Both the position numbers and the translations under genes were made by a program. A DNA stretch of 62,644 bases, counting the filler, from Squatina squatina (lineage: Eukaryota): the NCBI GenBank assembly GCA_031763465.1. It is 3 parts of 3 records of this genome, joined end to end, with 100 filler letters (N's around TTAATTAATTAA, not from the genome) between each part and the next. Parts side by side here need not be neighbours in the genome. Positions count along the whole stretch, not along the records: positions 43,932 to 62,644 come from JARFOE010000100.1; 2 more parts are not named here. The stretch is one strand, 5' to 3'. The notes under the pieces are model-generated. The model searched no databases and was not told the DNA's origin. It saw only the letters and a program-made list of their open reading frames with translations. Shown here piece after piece: positions 49,429 through 62,560 of this stretch (position 1 is the first letter of the stretch; every line of letters begins with the position of its first letter).

Positions 49429-50200
49429 ATCTATCTTGTTGCAAATACTTAGTGCATTCAGATAAAGAGCCTTTAATTTAATTTTTTTACCATTATGCCT
49501 TGACCTAATTCTCTGCTGCACTACTACCGTTAAACTCTCTGTCCCTTCCTGTCACACTCTGCTTATTTTTACCCAAATCACTACACTGCTCCGTTGCATT
49601 GACCTTTCTCTCTGGATTTCTAAATTTCCCCTTCTCTGACCCGTTCTCCCACCCCACCCCTCCTCCATTTTTAAATTTAACGCCCTATCTACGGCCCTAG
49701 TTATTCAATTCACCAGGATGCTGGTCCCAGCCCGGTTTAAGTGGAGCCTGTCTTTCCCCAGTACTGGTGCCAGTGCCCCTTCTTCCTACACCACACTTTG
49801 AGACACACATTTAGCTCTCTGTTCTGCTTATCCCTGTGCCAATTTGCACATGGCTCAGGAAGTAATCCAGAGATTATTACCCTTGAGGTACTGCTTATTA
49901 ATTTAGACCCTAGCTCCTCAAACTCCCTCAGCAGAACCTCATTCTTAGTTCTACCTATGTCATTGGATGCTACATGGACCACGACAACTGGATCCTCCCC
50001 CTCCCACTCCAATTTCTTCTCCAGCTGTGAGGGGATATCCTCAATCCTGGCAACACAATCTCCTGTCACGGCTGCAGAGGACAGTATCTATCCCCCTGAC
50101 TATACCGTTCCCAACCACTACCACATTCATTCCTTTCCCCCCACTTGGATGGCCCCCTGTACCACGGTGCCATGGTCAGTTTGGCCATCCTCCTTGCACT
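49429..50200 (-). mobile_element. CR1 ORF1 esterase / ORF2 junction
   Basis: EGEDPVVVVHVASNDIGR...VIISGLLPEP...WC, then LKALYLNALSICNKID. Confidence 0.85.
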
Positions 50201-51094
50201 CCTTTTCCTACTATGCAAGACGTGAAGTCAGATTTAGGAGGTCCAAACCATTGAATGTCACAGAAATGAGCTTACCACATTTTGGGATTGAGAGGCTGTG
50301 TTTTGTCTTATTGCAGCTGGGCCTTGGGCTGGGATAAAGAAGAAAGTGGGAGAGCCAGTGACTAGGGATGTAGTTCTGGCTGTAAATGAACAATATTGTT
50401 GCTGAATGCTATCAGTATTTACAATATATTATTGTTGAAATCTAAGTCAACCATAACTGAACAAACTCTTTATAATACTGTCAGTTCAGTCACAATCAGC
50501 TTCAATTTGATCAGTAATCCTTTTGCAAAGTATAAAACTGCAGAAATGCAGTAAACACTTTAGAGTCATCTATCTAAAACATTTGGCACCTAATCACTAC
50601 TCACACAGTCAGCGTAGTCTGTGATACCCCACATTGTGCAGCTTTGTACTGAAGCATTTAGCTATACTGCAACAATGCAATAACTTGGTTAAAGACAATC
50701 GAATCCTGGCCCTGAAAGATAAATTGAGCAGCAGTTGCAGTGGTTAGTTTTGACTTGCGTCAGTTTTGCTATAATGTATAAAACCATAGTATTTGTTTCG
50801 GAACAGAAGTCAGTACCAGTCACTTGTATGTGTGTCAATTGCATATATTAAAATATTTTTAATGATCAGAATTTGAATAGGCTTGAACATACAGTTTGAA
50901 GGGTTCTAGTTCCTCTGGCTCCTTGTGTTTCCCTGTATTCAATGAATATCACCATTAGAATAATATATCTATATTGATCAGCCTACCTTTTTAATATGTT
51001 CAAAAGTGTGTCTCATATACTCTATTTGCTGGCAATTGAGAATCTTGGAGAATGTTTTGTAATTCAATAGAATTAATATTAAGACAAAAGGAAT

Positions 51095-51231
51095 ACAAAC
51101 AAAAAATGCTGGAAAAACTCAGCAGGTCAGGCAGCATCTGTGGAGAGATCTGTGGAGACGAAGGGTCATCGACCCAAAACATTAACTCTATTTTTCTCTC
51201 CACAGATGCTGCCTGACCTGCTGAGTTTTTC
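51095..51231. mobile_element. Penelope-type inverted-repeat element with a degenerate hammerhead
   Basis: GAAAAACTCAGCAGGTCAGGCAGCATCTGTGGAGAGA and its exact reverse complement at ~51195-51231. Confidence 0.75.
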
Positions 51232-53023
51232 NNNNNNNNNNNNNNNNNNNNNNNNNNNNNNNNNNNNNNNNNNNNNNNNNNNNNNNNNNNNNNNNNNNNN
51301 NNNNNNNNNNNNNNNNNNNNNNNNNNNNNNNATATTAAAATATTTTTTTTTTTAAAAAGTACCTCTGTTGCCCTGCAAGTTTTTTTTAAACTTACTGAAA
51401 TGGCACCAAAATTAGTGTAGAACTGTCACCACAACTCAAAACAGAGAGGGTTTGGGGTAACAAATTCCTGAGGTTATGTTGGTACAGTGACACAGTAGAC
51501 TAATGACTTCTCTTTAACAGCTATTCAAAATTACTTTACATGTGTAATGAGAGGAAAACAAAGGATATATTACTTTACAAAATAAAAGCATTCAAATTTA
51601 AAAAACACCTCCAGTGTTAATTATATCTCGCAAGTTTAAAAACAGAAAAGCATGCGTACATCTCTGAATTCTCTACAGACACAGCAAATCTAAAATAAGG
51701 AAGTGCTTTTGAAAGCCAATTTTGGGGCAAAAGATATTTTCAAAGCTTCACGTAGCAAAGGAGCTATTAAAAGCAGACAACTTCATGGTAAAAATTATTA
51801 CATGGAGCTTGCACAAGAAAACAAGGCAGAAACACTTTTTTTGATTGAATAGAAAATCAAATGAAAAGTGTATGAGGAACCTGATAGGAGATTAGATCTG
51901 AGATTAGATTGGCCATCTACTCAGCATGGACAAAGACGTCATGCAGAAACATACCTCTCGAATGAACCCAGTTGTCAAGAGTTTAGGGACACCCGACTGG
52001 TTTTCAAAAGAACAAGTGTCCAGACCTTATGAAAACAGAAACACAGAAACATTCGGCCTTTAGAGCCTGCTCCGTCATTTAATGAGATCATGGCTGATCA
52101 TCCAAATTCAGTACCCTGTCCCTGCTTTCCCCCCANNNNNNNNNNNNNNNNNNNNNNNNNNNNNNNNNNNNNNNNNNNNNNNNNNNNNNNNNNNNNNNNN
52201 NNNNNNNNNNNNNNNNNNNNNNNNNNNNNNNNNNNAAAGGTATAGTTTACTTTTTTCTAAAAATGCAGTGATTTAATACACAAAATTACATTAAGGTCAA
52301 CTGTCAATTCAAATCTGTTAGTGTTATTAAACTGAAAGTACTAATATAGTTTATCAAATATGGAAACTGAGGTATACCTTGTTGAGGGAGGTTTATGGTT
52401 ATAATGTAATGCTTGAAGCTTCTTTGCTATGTCCCAAAAAACCTTGATTTGTTTATACATATAACAGCAGCACACTGAACATTCACAAGCTATGTCATAT
52501 TGGCATTACAAGTTCTTTTGTGAACGCAAATAGCAAATGCAATAAAAATGAATTGCCCTTCTTTCTGAAATGAAATGTACTGTTATTAAAAATTAACAGT
52601 AGTTCATCTGAGGGACTGAGACAGCCTCACGAGAAGCCAGTTATCTGGCACACTCCAGTTTTTAAGCCACGCTCTTGTTGCCAAATTTCAGAGCCATGCT
52701 CTTCTATGACTTGTCCTTAAAGACTCATCTGTTACCTACTTAGCTTCACTTGCTGGAAGAAAACCCTTATCTTCCAGTATCTCGGGTAAAGCTTACTGAA
52801 GTGTCGAGTGATCCATGCTACAACCACATTGTCTTCTATACCACCTCTGACTGACTGTGGTACCTGTTACCTCCATTGTCCAATTGCCATTCCATTGGCT
52901 ACCAGTTCTGTTAAGTGTGTTGGGACAAGATACTGAGATGTTTGTTGTAACCAGTCAAATAAATTCAGCAGATAGCAGCTCTATTGTAGAGTCTCTTGGT
53001 CTGGTTTATGACCCCTGTAGCCA

Positions 53024-53148
53024 TCATAGGCTAGATTCTTTGGGAGGAAAGTCAACATTTGTTACCATGGTGACTACTGTCACAATGTTGTCTGTAGTAA
53101 TCGTGTTCATTAGTCTTTGCATCTGAGTGATGCGTTCTGCAACACAAC
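53024..53148 (-). CDS. ACVR2A: Activin receptor type 2A terminal exon (partial)
   Basis: CVAERITQMQRLMNTITTDNIVTVVTMVTNVDFPPKESSL*. Confidence 0.95.
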
Positions 53149-54359
53149 NNNNNNNNNNNNNNNNNNNNNNNNNNNNNNNNNNNNNNNNNNNNNNNNNNNN
53201 NNNNNNNNNNNNNNNNNNNNNNNNNNNNNNNNNNNNNNNNNNNNNNNNTCTCTTACTAGCCTCTTAACTACCTCGTAATCGGTTTGAATTCTAACCCGCC
53301 CCTCCCGAAGGGGCTTCTCGCTCACCGCCGAACGCGCTCGAGTGAAACGCGGAAGCCGGCGGGTTGAAACCAGCTTCCCAATGCGCTGTCAGTTTCAGCA
53401 CTTTTAGTCAACCCACGAAGAGAAAAAGCTCAGTGTTGTGCAGCAACCGATATCGTGTAACCAGAATATGCAAGTACTGTAAATGGAAAATGTGGAATTA
53501 ACCCTATGAATTACATCCCATGGAAACCTTAAAAGGTTCAGATTTGAGCCAATGCATACTGTATTTAAACTGATTGTAATCGGGGACTCCAGGGATGCCT
53601 TGATAAACCGGCACCTCTCAAGTCCCATGGATGTCGGATAACAAAGCTTTTACGGTATTATTATTTATCCATATGTGATCGGTTTGCTAAATTCCTATTG
53701 GGCATAGGTCTGCTTAAAAGCATGCAATAGCAAACACTTTCATGTACTTTTCGGCTTCTACACTTGGATTAACATAGCTATAATGTGGCCAGATCAATCT
53801 TTCACCTGTTTTAATACATCAAAACAAGGAGTTTACTTGTCCCAACACCAACAAGTTCCTATGGCTGAATGAGCATACTCATTAGTTTTGGAACCTTACA
53901 GTGCCCACAGTAAATATATGTGGAGTGTTAGAAGGGTTAAAATTATTTTTGTGGTGGCTAAGCAGATTATTTTTGACAGTTAATAGAAATCAAATTCTGT
54001 CCCAAGTATTGTTACAAAACAGCCAAAAAGTATTGTTCCCCCAAACCACAATACTCTACCTTTTCATGGAAGGAAGATATCAACCACAACTCCACATCTA
54101 TGTTTGTGCCTCTTTTCTCTGCACCAATGAAGTGCAGAAGATTTTCATGGTTCATTCCAGGTTGAGTGTATATTTCATATTCATTTTGCCAGGACTGTTT
54201 GTCCTACAAAAACAAAACACTATAGCACTGTAAAATATTACCGAACACACTGTCCTGTACATAAGATAAATATTGGAATAAAAAAAGGTTCTCCCCTCCT
54301 CGCCCCCTCAAAAACAACAGGTGGGAGGAAAGCGAGGAGAGAACAACGAAGCACTGTAC

Positions 54360-54503
54360 CTGAATTGGGAATATTTTAACTGCCACATACTCATTCAGCA
54401 GCTGAGCCTTCCATACACAACCAAAGCGCCCTCTGGCTTTAATCTCCAGTAACTGCAATGGTTTCAGACCAAGCAAGGGAGAAGGCGGTGTTGGCCCTGG
54501 GTC
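54360..54503 (-). CDS. ACVR2A: ACVR2A exon 5 (start of kinase domain), 144 nt
   Basis: gtag|[48 protein letters not shown]|gtacag; LLNEY and FPIQ are 2A-type rather than 2B. Confidence 0.95.
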
Positions 54504-56493
54504 CTACAATGCAAGATTGCAAAATAGTTGGAAGAATGAGTTGATAATTGCACATGAAAGCACCAAAGCAAAGAACAATATCAGAATTGTCTCCCTAAAA
54601 TTTCTGCTCAGTAATTTTTCTGCAGTTAATAATGCGAAAAAAATAACAGTTTGNNNNNNNNNNNNNNNNNNNNNNNNNNNNNNNNNNNNNNNNNNNNNNN
54701 NNNNNNNNNNNNNNNNNNNNNNNNNNNNNNNNNNNNNNNNNNNNNNNNNNNNNNNNNNNNNNNNNNNNNNNNNNNNNNNNNNNNNNNNNNNNNNNNNNNN
54801 NNNNNNNNNNNNNNNNNNNNNNNNNNNNNNNNNNNNNNNNNNNNNNNNNNNNNNNNNNNNNNNNNNNNNNNNNNNNNNNNNNNNNNNNNNNNNNNNNNNN
54901 NNNNNNNNNNNNNNNNNNNNNNNNNNNNNNNNNNNNNNNNNNNNNNNNNNNNNNNNNNNNNNNNNNNNNNNNNNNNNNNNNNNNNNNNNNNNNNNNNNNN
55001 NNNNNNNNNNNNNNNNNNNNNNNNNNNNNNNNNNNNNNNNNNNNNNNNNNNNNNNNNNNNNNNNNNNNNNNNNNNNNNNNNNNNNNNNNNNNNNNNNNNN
55101 NNNNNNNNNNNNNNNNNNNNNNNNNNNNNNNNNNNNNNNNNNNNNNNNNNNNNNNNNNNNNNNNNNNNNNNNNNNNNNNNNNNNNNNNNNCCCAGGAACG
55201 GAAGTTTTTGCAGCCCCCCGACCACCAGGTACCTGCGTAGAAATCTTTCCGGTCAGAGGCCTCCGCTCACAGGAAGCCTCTGAGTGGAATTTTCGCCCCA
55301 CTACAAAATGATTGTTACCTTCAGGTTTTGCACAATTAACCAAGTTACATTCAATGCAAAAATGTTGGGAACAAAAAAATCAAAAAAGTTGACAAAGAAT
55401 CCATGCATGACAAAATACATTTATAATTGAAGGGCCACAGACAGCATTCCATCTCATGCTCCAACTTGTACAAGGAAGTAGGACACCGCTTTTGCAAATT
55501 TACTGTATCCTTACTATAACGAAAATGATTCTATACTATTAAACAATCAGTAACAAAGGTTTTCAAAACTATGCACCAGAGGTAGAGGATATGTTATGAC
55601 TTAACTGGAGTTTTAACAAAAAAAGTTAGGTTCAGAATTATGAGAATTTCCAGCAATACATTCCAATTCTGTGGTTAAAATAGCTATAATTACAGGATTT
55701 CTAAAAAAAGAATTATGCCACTATTTTAGTCAACTACGTTTATACAATATATCTTGTGGACTAAAAAAAAAAGATTAAATATTTCTTTCTGAAAATAGAA
55801 TAAATGCCCTTGTGCAGCAGTTGAAATAAAAATCTCCCTTGGTGCATTTGATATGAAAAAAAGTGAATGCTTCAGATAATCTAATTTCAAAAATCTTAAG
55901 AGTTCCAAGTTAAACTTATCTTACCTCTATCTCTATATGAAAGGCATGCTTGAGAAAAGAAAAGCAAAGGAAAAAGTAGTAGTTTAAGCAAATGATAATG
56001 TTCTGGGAGGGGACATGATGTAATTTTACTATTTAACTGCCACCTGGTTTCAGTAGCTGGCACAAGCTAACTTGTAGACCCATTTCAATATCTGCAAGAT
56101 TGAAACATGGCACATAATATTATTGTATGGTTGATGCTCTCTACAGCACTACACCAGAGCACACAAGATAGAAAATTGTGAAAAGCTACTGAGAGTGAAA
56201 ATGATTAAATAGGCAAAATTATTTCAAGCACCAATATCACATCCAAAGTCTAATATTTCTAGAAGAGTAGATTCAGGACTATTGTGACTCTGGTTTCTAA
56301 AAGGGATTCTCACTAATATTGACTGAAATGAAGGCCTTTCCTGACTTACATCCAAACAAAAACAAAGCTAAGGTGCTAAATTATGACGGTACCAAGTTTA
56401 GTTATGCTGATTTCAATTGTTTAAAAGCTTCAATTTAAAATTGCTTTACAAGATAGGAGGTAATGAAAGAATTGAGAGCTAAAAATATTTAAT

Positions 56494-57006
56494 GGGACTG
56501 AATTTGCAGTCAGAGGCTTCCCGCGGGCGGATGCCTCCGAACCGCAATAAAACTACACACCTACTTAGTGGTCCTGGGTCCATGGAGACTCGCGCTCCTG
56601 GGCCTTTACGCATACGCATGCGTAGAGGCCTGTGTATCCCAGGGATGCATACGGTTCGCAAGTGTCCCTGGGATCAAGTGGACCAGCCCAACCAATCAGA
56701 AAGGCAATTTCCATTATGCTTATGGGGAGGATTCCATTTACGTACGGAATCCCCGTAAGTTTAATAGGAATCACCCCAAAAATACAATTTAACATTGAAA
56801 AAGAAATTAATTTAAATGTTTTAATTAAATTGTATTTTAAACAAAAAATATAATTTTGGGAAAAATTTAAATATTTCAAGGGGCCAAAAATATTTTTACA
56901 GATTTTTGAATGTTAAAATGATCTTAGAAATTTTATTTTAATATTTATTTTCACCCTTACGCTGGTAAAAGAAATCCTTTCGCCTGCTTTTACCAGGTGT
57001 AAGAGT
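56494..57006. mobile_element. Non-autonomous DNA transposon, same family as 44750-44934 and 55191-55299
   Basis: Begins GGGACTGAATTTGCAGTCAGAGGCTTCC; internal palindrome TACGCATGCGTA; AT-rich interior. Confidence 0.6.
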
Positions 57007-57653
57007 NNNNNNNNNNNNNNNNNNNNNNNNNNNNNNNNNNNNNNNNNNNNNNNNNNNNNNNNNNNNNNNNNNNNNNNNNNNNNNNNNNNNNNNNNNNNNN
57101 NNNNNNAAAGGGATCAGGGGGTATGGAGAGAAAGCAGGTACAGGGTATTGAGTTGGATGATCAGCCATGATCATATTGAATGGGCCGAATGGCCTACTCC
57201 TGCACCTTGTTTCTATGTTTCTACGAGACAAAAAAAAATCAGCATTTTTAAGATTTGAATTTCAGACCTCTCCTTGCATATTTTCATTCATATAGGCCAT
57301 TCATTTAAACATTAATACATTTCACCATAAAGTTAAGGAAGATAAAACATACATGGTAGATCCTGAATGACTGGGACATAAAAGAACCTCTCATTGCACT
57401 TGCTGCCTTCACAGCAACAGAAGAATACTTCAGGGCTTTCTTTTGTTTCGACACATTCACCCCTACAAAACAAAATTATACACATCACTTTGACATTTGA
57501 TCATAGCCAAGTGGTTATAATGGACCTTAATAAAACTTACTTTTGCTGGAGAATGCTAAGAATTAAGCTCTTCTAAAAGTCAAGAGTATAGATAGCTACA
57601 TTTTTAGAAAAAGTCTTATGAAAAGATAAAAGCAGCACAATGTTTTTGCGTAC

Positions 57654-57861
57654 TTGTCATAGCAGTTCCAATCATCCAACCAACAGCCTCGTTTCACAAT
57701 TTCTATTGAGCCAGAGTTGTTCTTCCATGTAGCAAAACAGTGTCGCCGTTTATCTTTTTCTCCAACACAGTGCTGAATCCCACTGTGATTGGTTCGCTCT
57801 TTCTCCCAGTCTGCGTTATAGAAAATGCATACTTGCTTCTCAGATCGGCCAAGTATAGCAC
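57654..57861 (-). CDS. ACVR2A: ACVR2A exon 2 (extracellular domain), 208 nt
   Basis: tttag|[69 protein letters not shown]|gtacgc. Confidence 0.95.
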
Positions 57862-60800
57862 CTAAAAGAAAATTGAAGTTGGATTTGTTATGATAAAAGG
57901 AAATACAGCATTTAAAACAAAAGGACTATTTTTATTGGTGCCTTCAGACTTCGGGCAATTTTGTTGTGTTGTGTGTACATCATTCCTATACTCAGCCAAC
58001 AAGAAATTCTGATTGAGCCAATAACGACTTCACCCCATAAGATAAGGAAGCCAGGTTGTCTTCTTTTGATGAAACAAACTGTTCAAAATTCTCCCAGTTT
58101 TACATTTGTCAGTTATCACAGAAAGCTTTCTTTTATTTTTGAAAATGTGCCATTGAACCCTGCTAAATGAAATATTATGTTTGCCAAGAAGTGTTCGACT
58201 TGGCTACGGACCCAGGTGGCTGCTTATATAAAAAAATTCTGATTTGTCATATTTGAACTCAGCCCAGTATTTCGCAAGAAATTGTTAGTGTGCAAATGAC
58301 TTGCATGCGCTGGATAGCCTGTAAAATATTAAGTGCGCCAAGTAATGAATTCACAAACCATTTTGAGAACTACTAATATTTGGACCAGGATCTTGTATGC
58401 TAAATATTTTGCTTGAATAAGGAGTCATAGCCTAGAAATTGCTGTTGGAGAGATTGCAAAATCACAACTTCATTGCAGATGAGAAAAATCATTCAGCCCA
58501 ACTTGGTTCATCTATCCAATAATGTCCCAACACTGCAGCATCCATTTGGTTCTTAAATNNNNNNNNNNNNNNNNNNNNNNNNNNNNNNNNNNNNNNNNNN
58601 NNNNNNNNNNNNNNNNNNNNNNNNNNNNNNNNNNNNNNNNNNNNNNNNNNNNNNNNNNAACCCCCAAAGATCAAGGTCATTGAGTAATGCAATGGTGATA
58701 CAGTACTACACCATGAACTGCAACAGAAATACATGCAACCAAAGCAGTGTCTTTTACTATGTGGAAGGACCAGGCTATGACACAATTTCAACACTGCAAT
58801 GCTAAATCGTGTGACCTGAAGTAGTTCAATAATTTTAATATAGAGGATGACATCAAAGTTATGCATGATATATACAGTAAAGTCCTATTTCAGTAAATTA
58901 AGTTATCCAGTTACACTTCTGGAAGTCTGTATGATTACATCACAATATCTTAAAATCAGATCACAGTTTCATCACCTGATTCCAGCGTAGCCAAATAAAT
59001 CAAGTTACAATGTTCACATTCATTAAAGACCAGAGTCAATGGAATTTGGAGAATATCTTACAAATGGAGAGTTAAATAGGAGAGTTAAATATTGTCCATA
59101 TGCAATGCAAAAGTATGCACAACAAGTAAATGAAAAGAAAAATACCAGCATTTTAAATCGTCAACTGCTCACTACTTTAAAGTTTAGATACAACATTGAG
59201 CATTACAAAATGTATTTTCTGGTATAAAAAAAACAAGCAATTCCTACGGAAAATGAAATCTAAAATCATGCACCTTAAACTTGAGCTGCTCGCTAGAATC
59301 AGATTTGCAGTATTAAGTTACCAATGTTAACCACTTTAAATGCTGTAAATTATGCATTGCAATAAGCTGGTTGCACGGAAACTATTAAAACAGACTAAAT
59401 TATTTTTCTTAAAATGTTTCTTTTCATAAACTAAACTTCATCATCAAGTGTGCAGTATCCTGTTTCACACATTTTCGGGCTAAACTCAAAGACTTTAAAA
59501 TATCGCGGCTTGCTATACTTTTTTTTAAAAAAGTGAAAAGCTATATGCAATTAGAGTCTCTTGGCTGGTCACGTTTCCCACTCCATACCACAAAAGGGTC
59601 CACTCAAAATATAAATCAGCCAAAACAATGTTTACGCACGTCGCCTCGTTTTTTTTAGAAAAACAAAAAAGTTACCAAAAAAGTCTGTGTACCCCGTAGA
59701 AAATAATTAACATAAAATCCATCAAAATAATCTTAATTATGTTCCGTAATTGCGAGTAGGCCTACGTGCAGCAACAGTGTGGTTTCGGTCTGACAATGTG
59801 TATGCTACAATTTAACAACATGGTTACTTTTATAAACAAACCCGTTACTAGACTTGCTGGCAAAGTCAATTTACTAAATCTTTTTGACTGTTATTTTGTA
59901 TCGATTTTACATTCATCATTGTATACAAGCATACCATTCCCCGCGCAAATATGGAAACAATCATTTTCCACGAACTATAACAGTTTCAGACAAGATTAAA
60001 TGCGTCCAAATGTTTCATAAGGGAAGAGGAATGTTACAACTGACAGTAAATTACATCCATAGGGTATTCTGCACTAAATCTGTCTTCATCTACAATCAGC
60101 TTCTGCCACACTCTTCAAGCGTTTTGAAAAAAATACTTTGCACAAAACGTCGATCTATCCCCGAGCACTGCAGAGGCTTCGTATATCTCTTGCAGATTAA
60201 GATTGAAGCGAACAATATGAATTCATAAAGGATGTGTGAAGAAATGGCCAGTTTGCTTGCATTAAGCATTTAAACCATTTAAACATTTAACCATTGTATA
60301 CTTCTAAGTAGTGATTAAATCATCTAATGATTACGAGTGAAGCCAATACTCAGATTAGANNNNNNNNNNACATAAACCAGTTATTTGTTACTGATTTTCG
60401 TCTCCGTTTTCTTACATTTAACGTCCACGTTGGACATATTGACACAAATCGGCTATGCACCCAGTCAACCTGTACAACAGTTCCAACAACAGCCTTTTAA
60501 GCAGCATTTGTTTTGTAACAGTTCGTTTCTCTAGCACAATGGCTGTTGCACAAGTTTTATAACTCAAATAAAGAGCATGCCTATTTTCTAAATAGCAAAA
60601 CAAATTGAAAAAAGGATCAAATACTTCTGCAATGCTGCTCGTGAAAAGCTTGCTTTAAAGACAGAGCACATAAACACTTCAAATCAAATGTGACATTTTC
60701 AGTAACAGTTTTACATTTGACTATGTCTAAATCATCATTTACTTAACAAAAACAACCCAATTAAAAATTAGCTGGTATATCAAAGTTTAATTTAATGGCG

Positions 60801-61545
60801 GAGATCTAAAAGGTTTGTACACTTCCTCTTCGTCTGTCATCTTTTACAACATTCATAAAATGGTTACTCTCATGGGGATGGGGGGGGGGAAATAAAAACT
60901 TTTCACAATAAAATTGTTACAGGGGGCTTTAAAAGTAGCCCACTTAAGGCAAATCAATGAACATTAAAGAGAGATGTTCATAACTTAAATAAACCACTAA
61001 ATTATTCCCAATAATAAAACTGCTTGTTTTTTGTTAAAAGAAATAAACACGAGTAAAATCGCGGAAACACAAAAATCTTATTTTTGCAATGAAAGATCTA
61101 TTCTCCTCCCCCCCCCCCAATTATGCAAATTGCTGNNNNNNNNNNNNNNNNNNNNNNNNNNNNNNNNNNNNNNNNNNNNNNNNNNNNNNNNNNNNNNNNN
61201 NNNNNNNNNNNNNNNNNNNNNNNNNNNNNNNNNNNNNNNNNNNNNNNNNNNNNNNNNNNNNNNNNNNNNNNNNNNNNNNNNNNNNNNNNNNNNNNNNNNN
61301 NNNNNNNNNNNNNNNNNNNNNNNNNNNNNNNNNNNNNNNNNNNNNNNNNNNNNNNNNNNNNNNNNNNNNNNNNNNNNNNNNNNNNNNNNNNNNNNNNNNN
61401 NNNNNNNNNNNNNNNNNNNNNNNNNNNNNNNNNNNNNNNNNNNNNNNNNNNNNNNNNNNNNNNNNNNNNNNNNNNNNNNNNNNNNNNNNNNNNNNNNNNN
61501 NNNNNNNNNNNNNNNNNNNNNNNNNNNNNNNNNNNNNNNNNNNNN

Positions 61546-61575
61546 GGCAAATGCAAGCTTGGTACCAACTCCCAT
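61546..61575 (-). CDS. ACVR2A: ACVR2A exon 1 coding start (partial)
   Basis: MGVGTKLAFA (human MGAAAKLAFA), Kozak context ATCATGG; rest lost in gap. Confidence 0.85.
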
Positions 61576-61979
61576 GATGTGATTTTTTTGGGGGGGAGGA
61601 TATGTTTTTTAAAAAAAGGTTAATTAAAACAAAACGCTCCTTGTTTCGCTACCAAGAAGGTGAAAAAACCTCTTTACGACTCCAGCACGTCTCCTGACTT
61701 GCTGCTGGCAGCGATCCACCTTATATCATTTTTTTTCCACCCCCTCTCTTCAGTGGGCAACTTCATTCAAAAAAGATGGGGAATTTAAGCGCAACATTAG
61801 ACTTCGGCTGTCAATTTTTTTTCCCCCACAACAAAATATATGTATAGTATACAGCATCGATAACGTCGTCAAAAGATTTAAACAAAAAAAAACCGCGATT
61901 CACATATAAAAGGTGGGAAGAGAAGCTACAGAACAAATCCTCAGCTCGTTTGACAGGAATGGTGTACTCGAAGTCTCCC

Positions 61980-62560
61980 GGAATTCATAATTATCGAAGT
62001 AGGCCGAAGTCCAAAATGGCGTTGAGTTGTTTTTGTTTCCTTCCCCCCTCCCCCTCACACCGACCCGGGAGTTTAAAAAAAACCGACAGGACGCCTGGCT
62101 CGAGAGGGGCCCGCCTCCTCGACAGCGAAAGAGGGGGGAGGTGGCTTTGATTGACACCTCCCCTGTGGCCATTCACCGCCTGGCTTCAGTTTGATTGACG
62201 TCACTCGCGACCATACAGAAACGTCCCTCCCCACAGTCGTCGTCCGGGAAAAAAAACAACCGGGAGGGGGCGGGGACGTGAGTATCATTGGAACCTCGCA
62301 CCAATCACCTTCAAGCGGGTGGGCGGGATTTCATTTTTTTTTGGTTGTTTGTTGTCGCTCAGATCAGGGTTACCCGACAGACGGAAGCAACCCAACTTGA
62401 TTGCTACTATGATTGACGTGCGCGGGATCCATTCAGAAATCAATGAGCTCGGGGTTTGCCGGCCAGAGGGCGGGGAAATCCCAAATTTACGATCAAGATT
62501 ACTATAAAGGAATTTGATGATTGGGTGGAAGCGGTGCGCAAAAAAAAACACGCACTGGAT
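61980..62560 (-). promoter_or_regulatory. ACVR2A CpG-rich promoter
   Basis: YY1-like CAAAATGGCG 62012-62021, CRE TGACGTCA 62196-62203, GC boxes ~62266/62321/62468, CCAAT 62301, upstream of the ATG. Confidence 0.7.

Noticed and set aside
44950-52000. ORC4 exons expected here by synteny
   Set aside because: I found no ORC4-like peptide in the sequenced islands; given the gaps this is not evidence of gene loss
54504-55343. Long ORFs spanning N runs (also 61031-61623)
   Set aside because: Artefacts of untranslatable gaps; only MGVGTKLAFA at 61546-61575 is real
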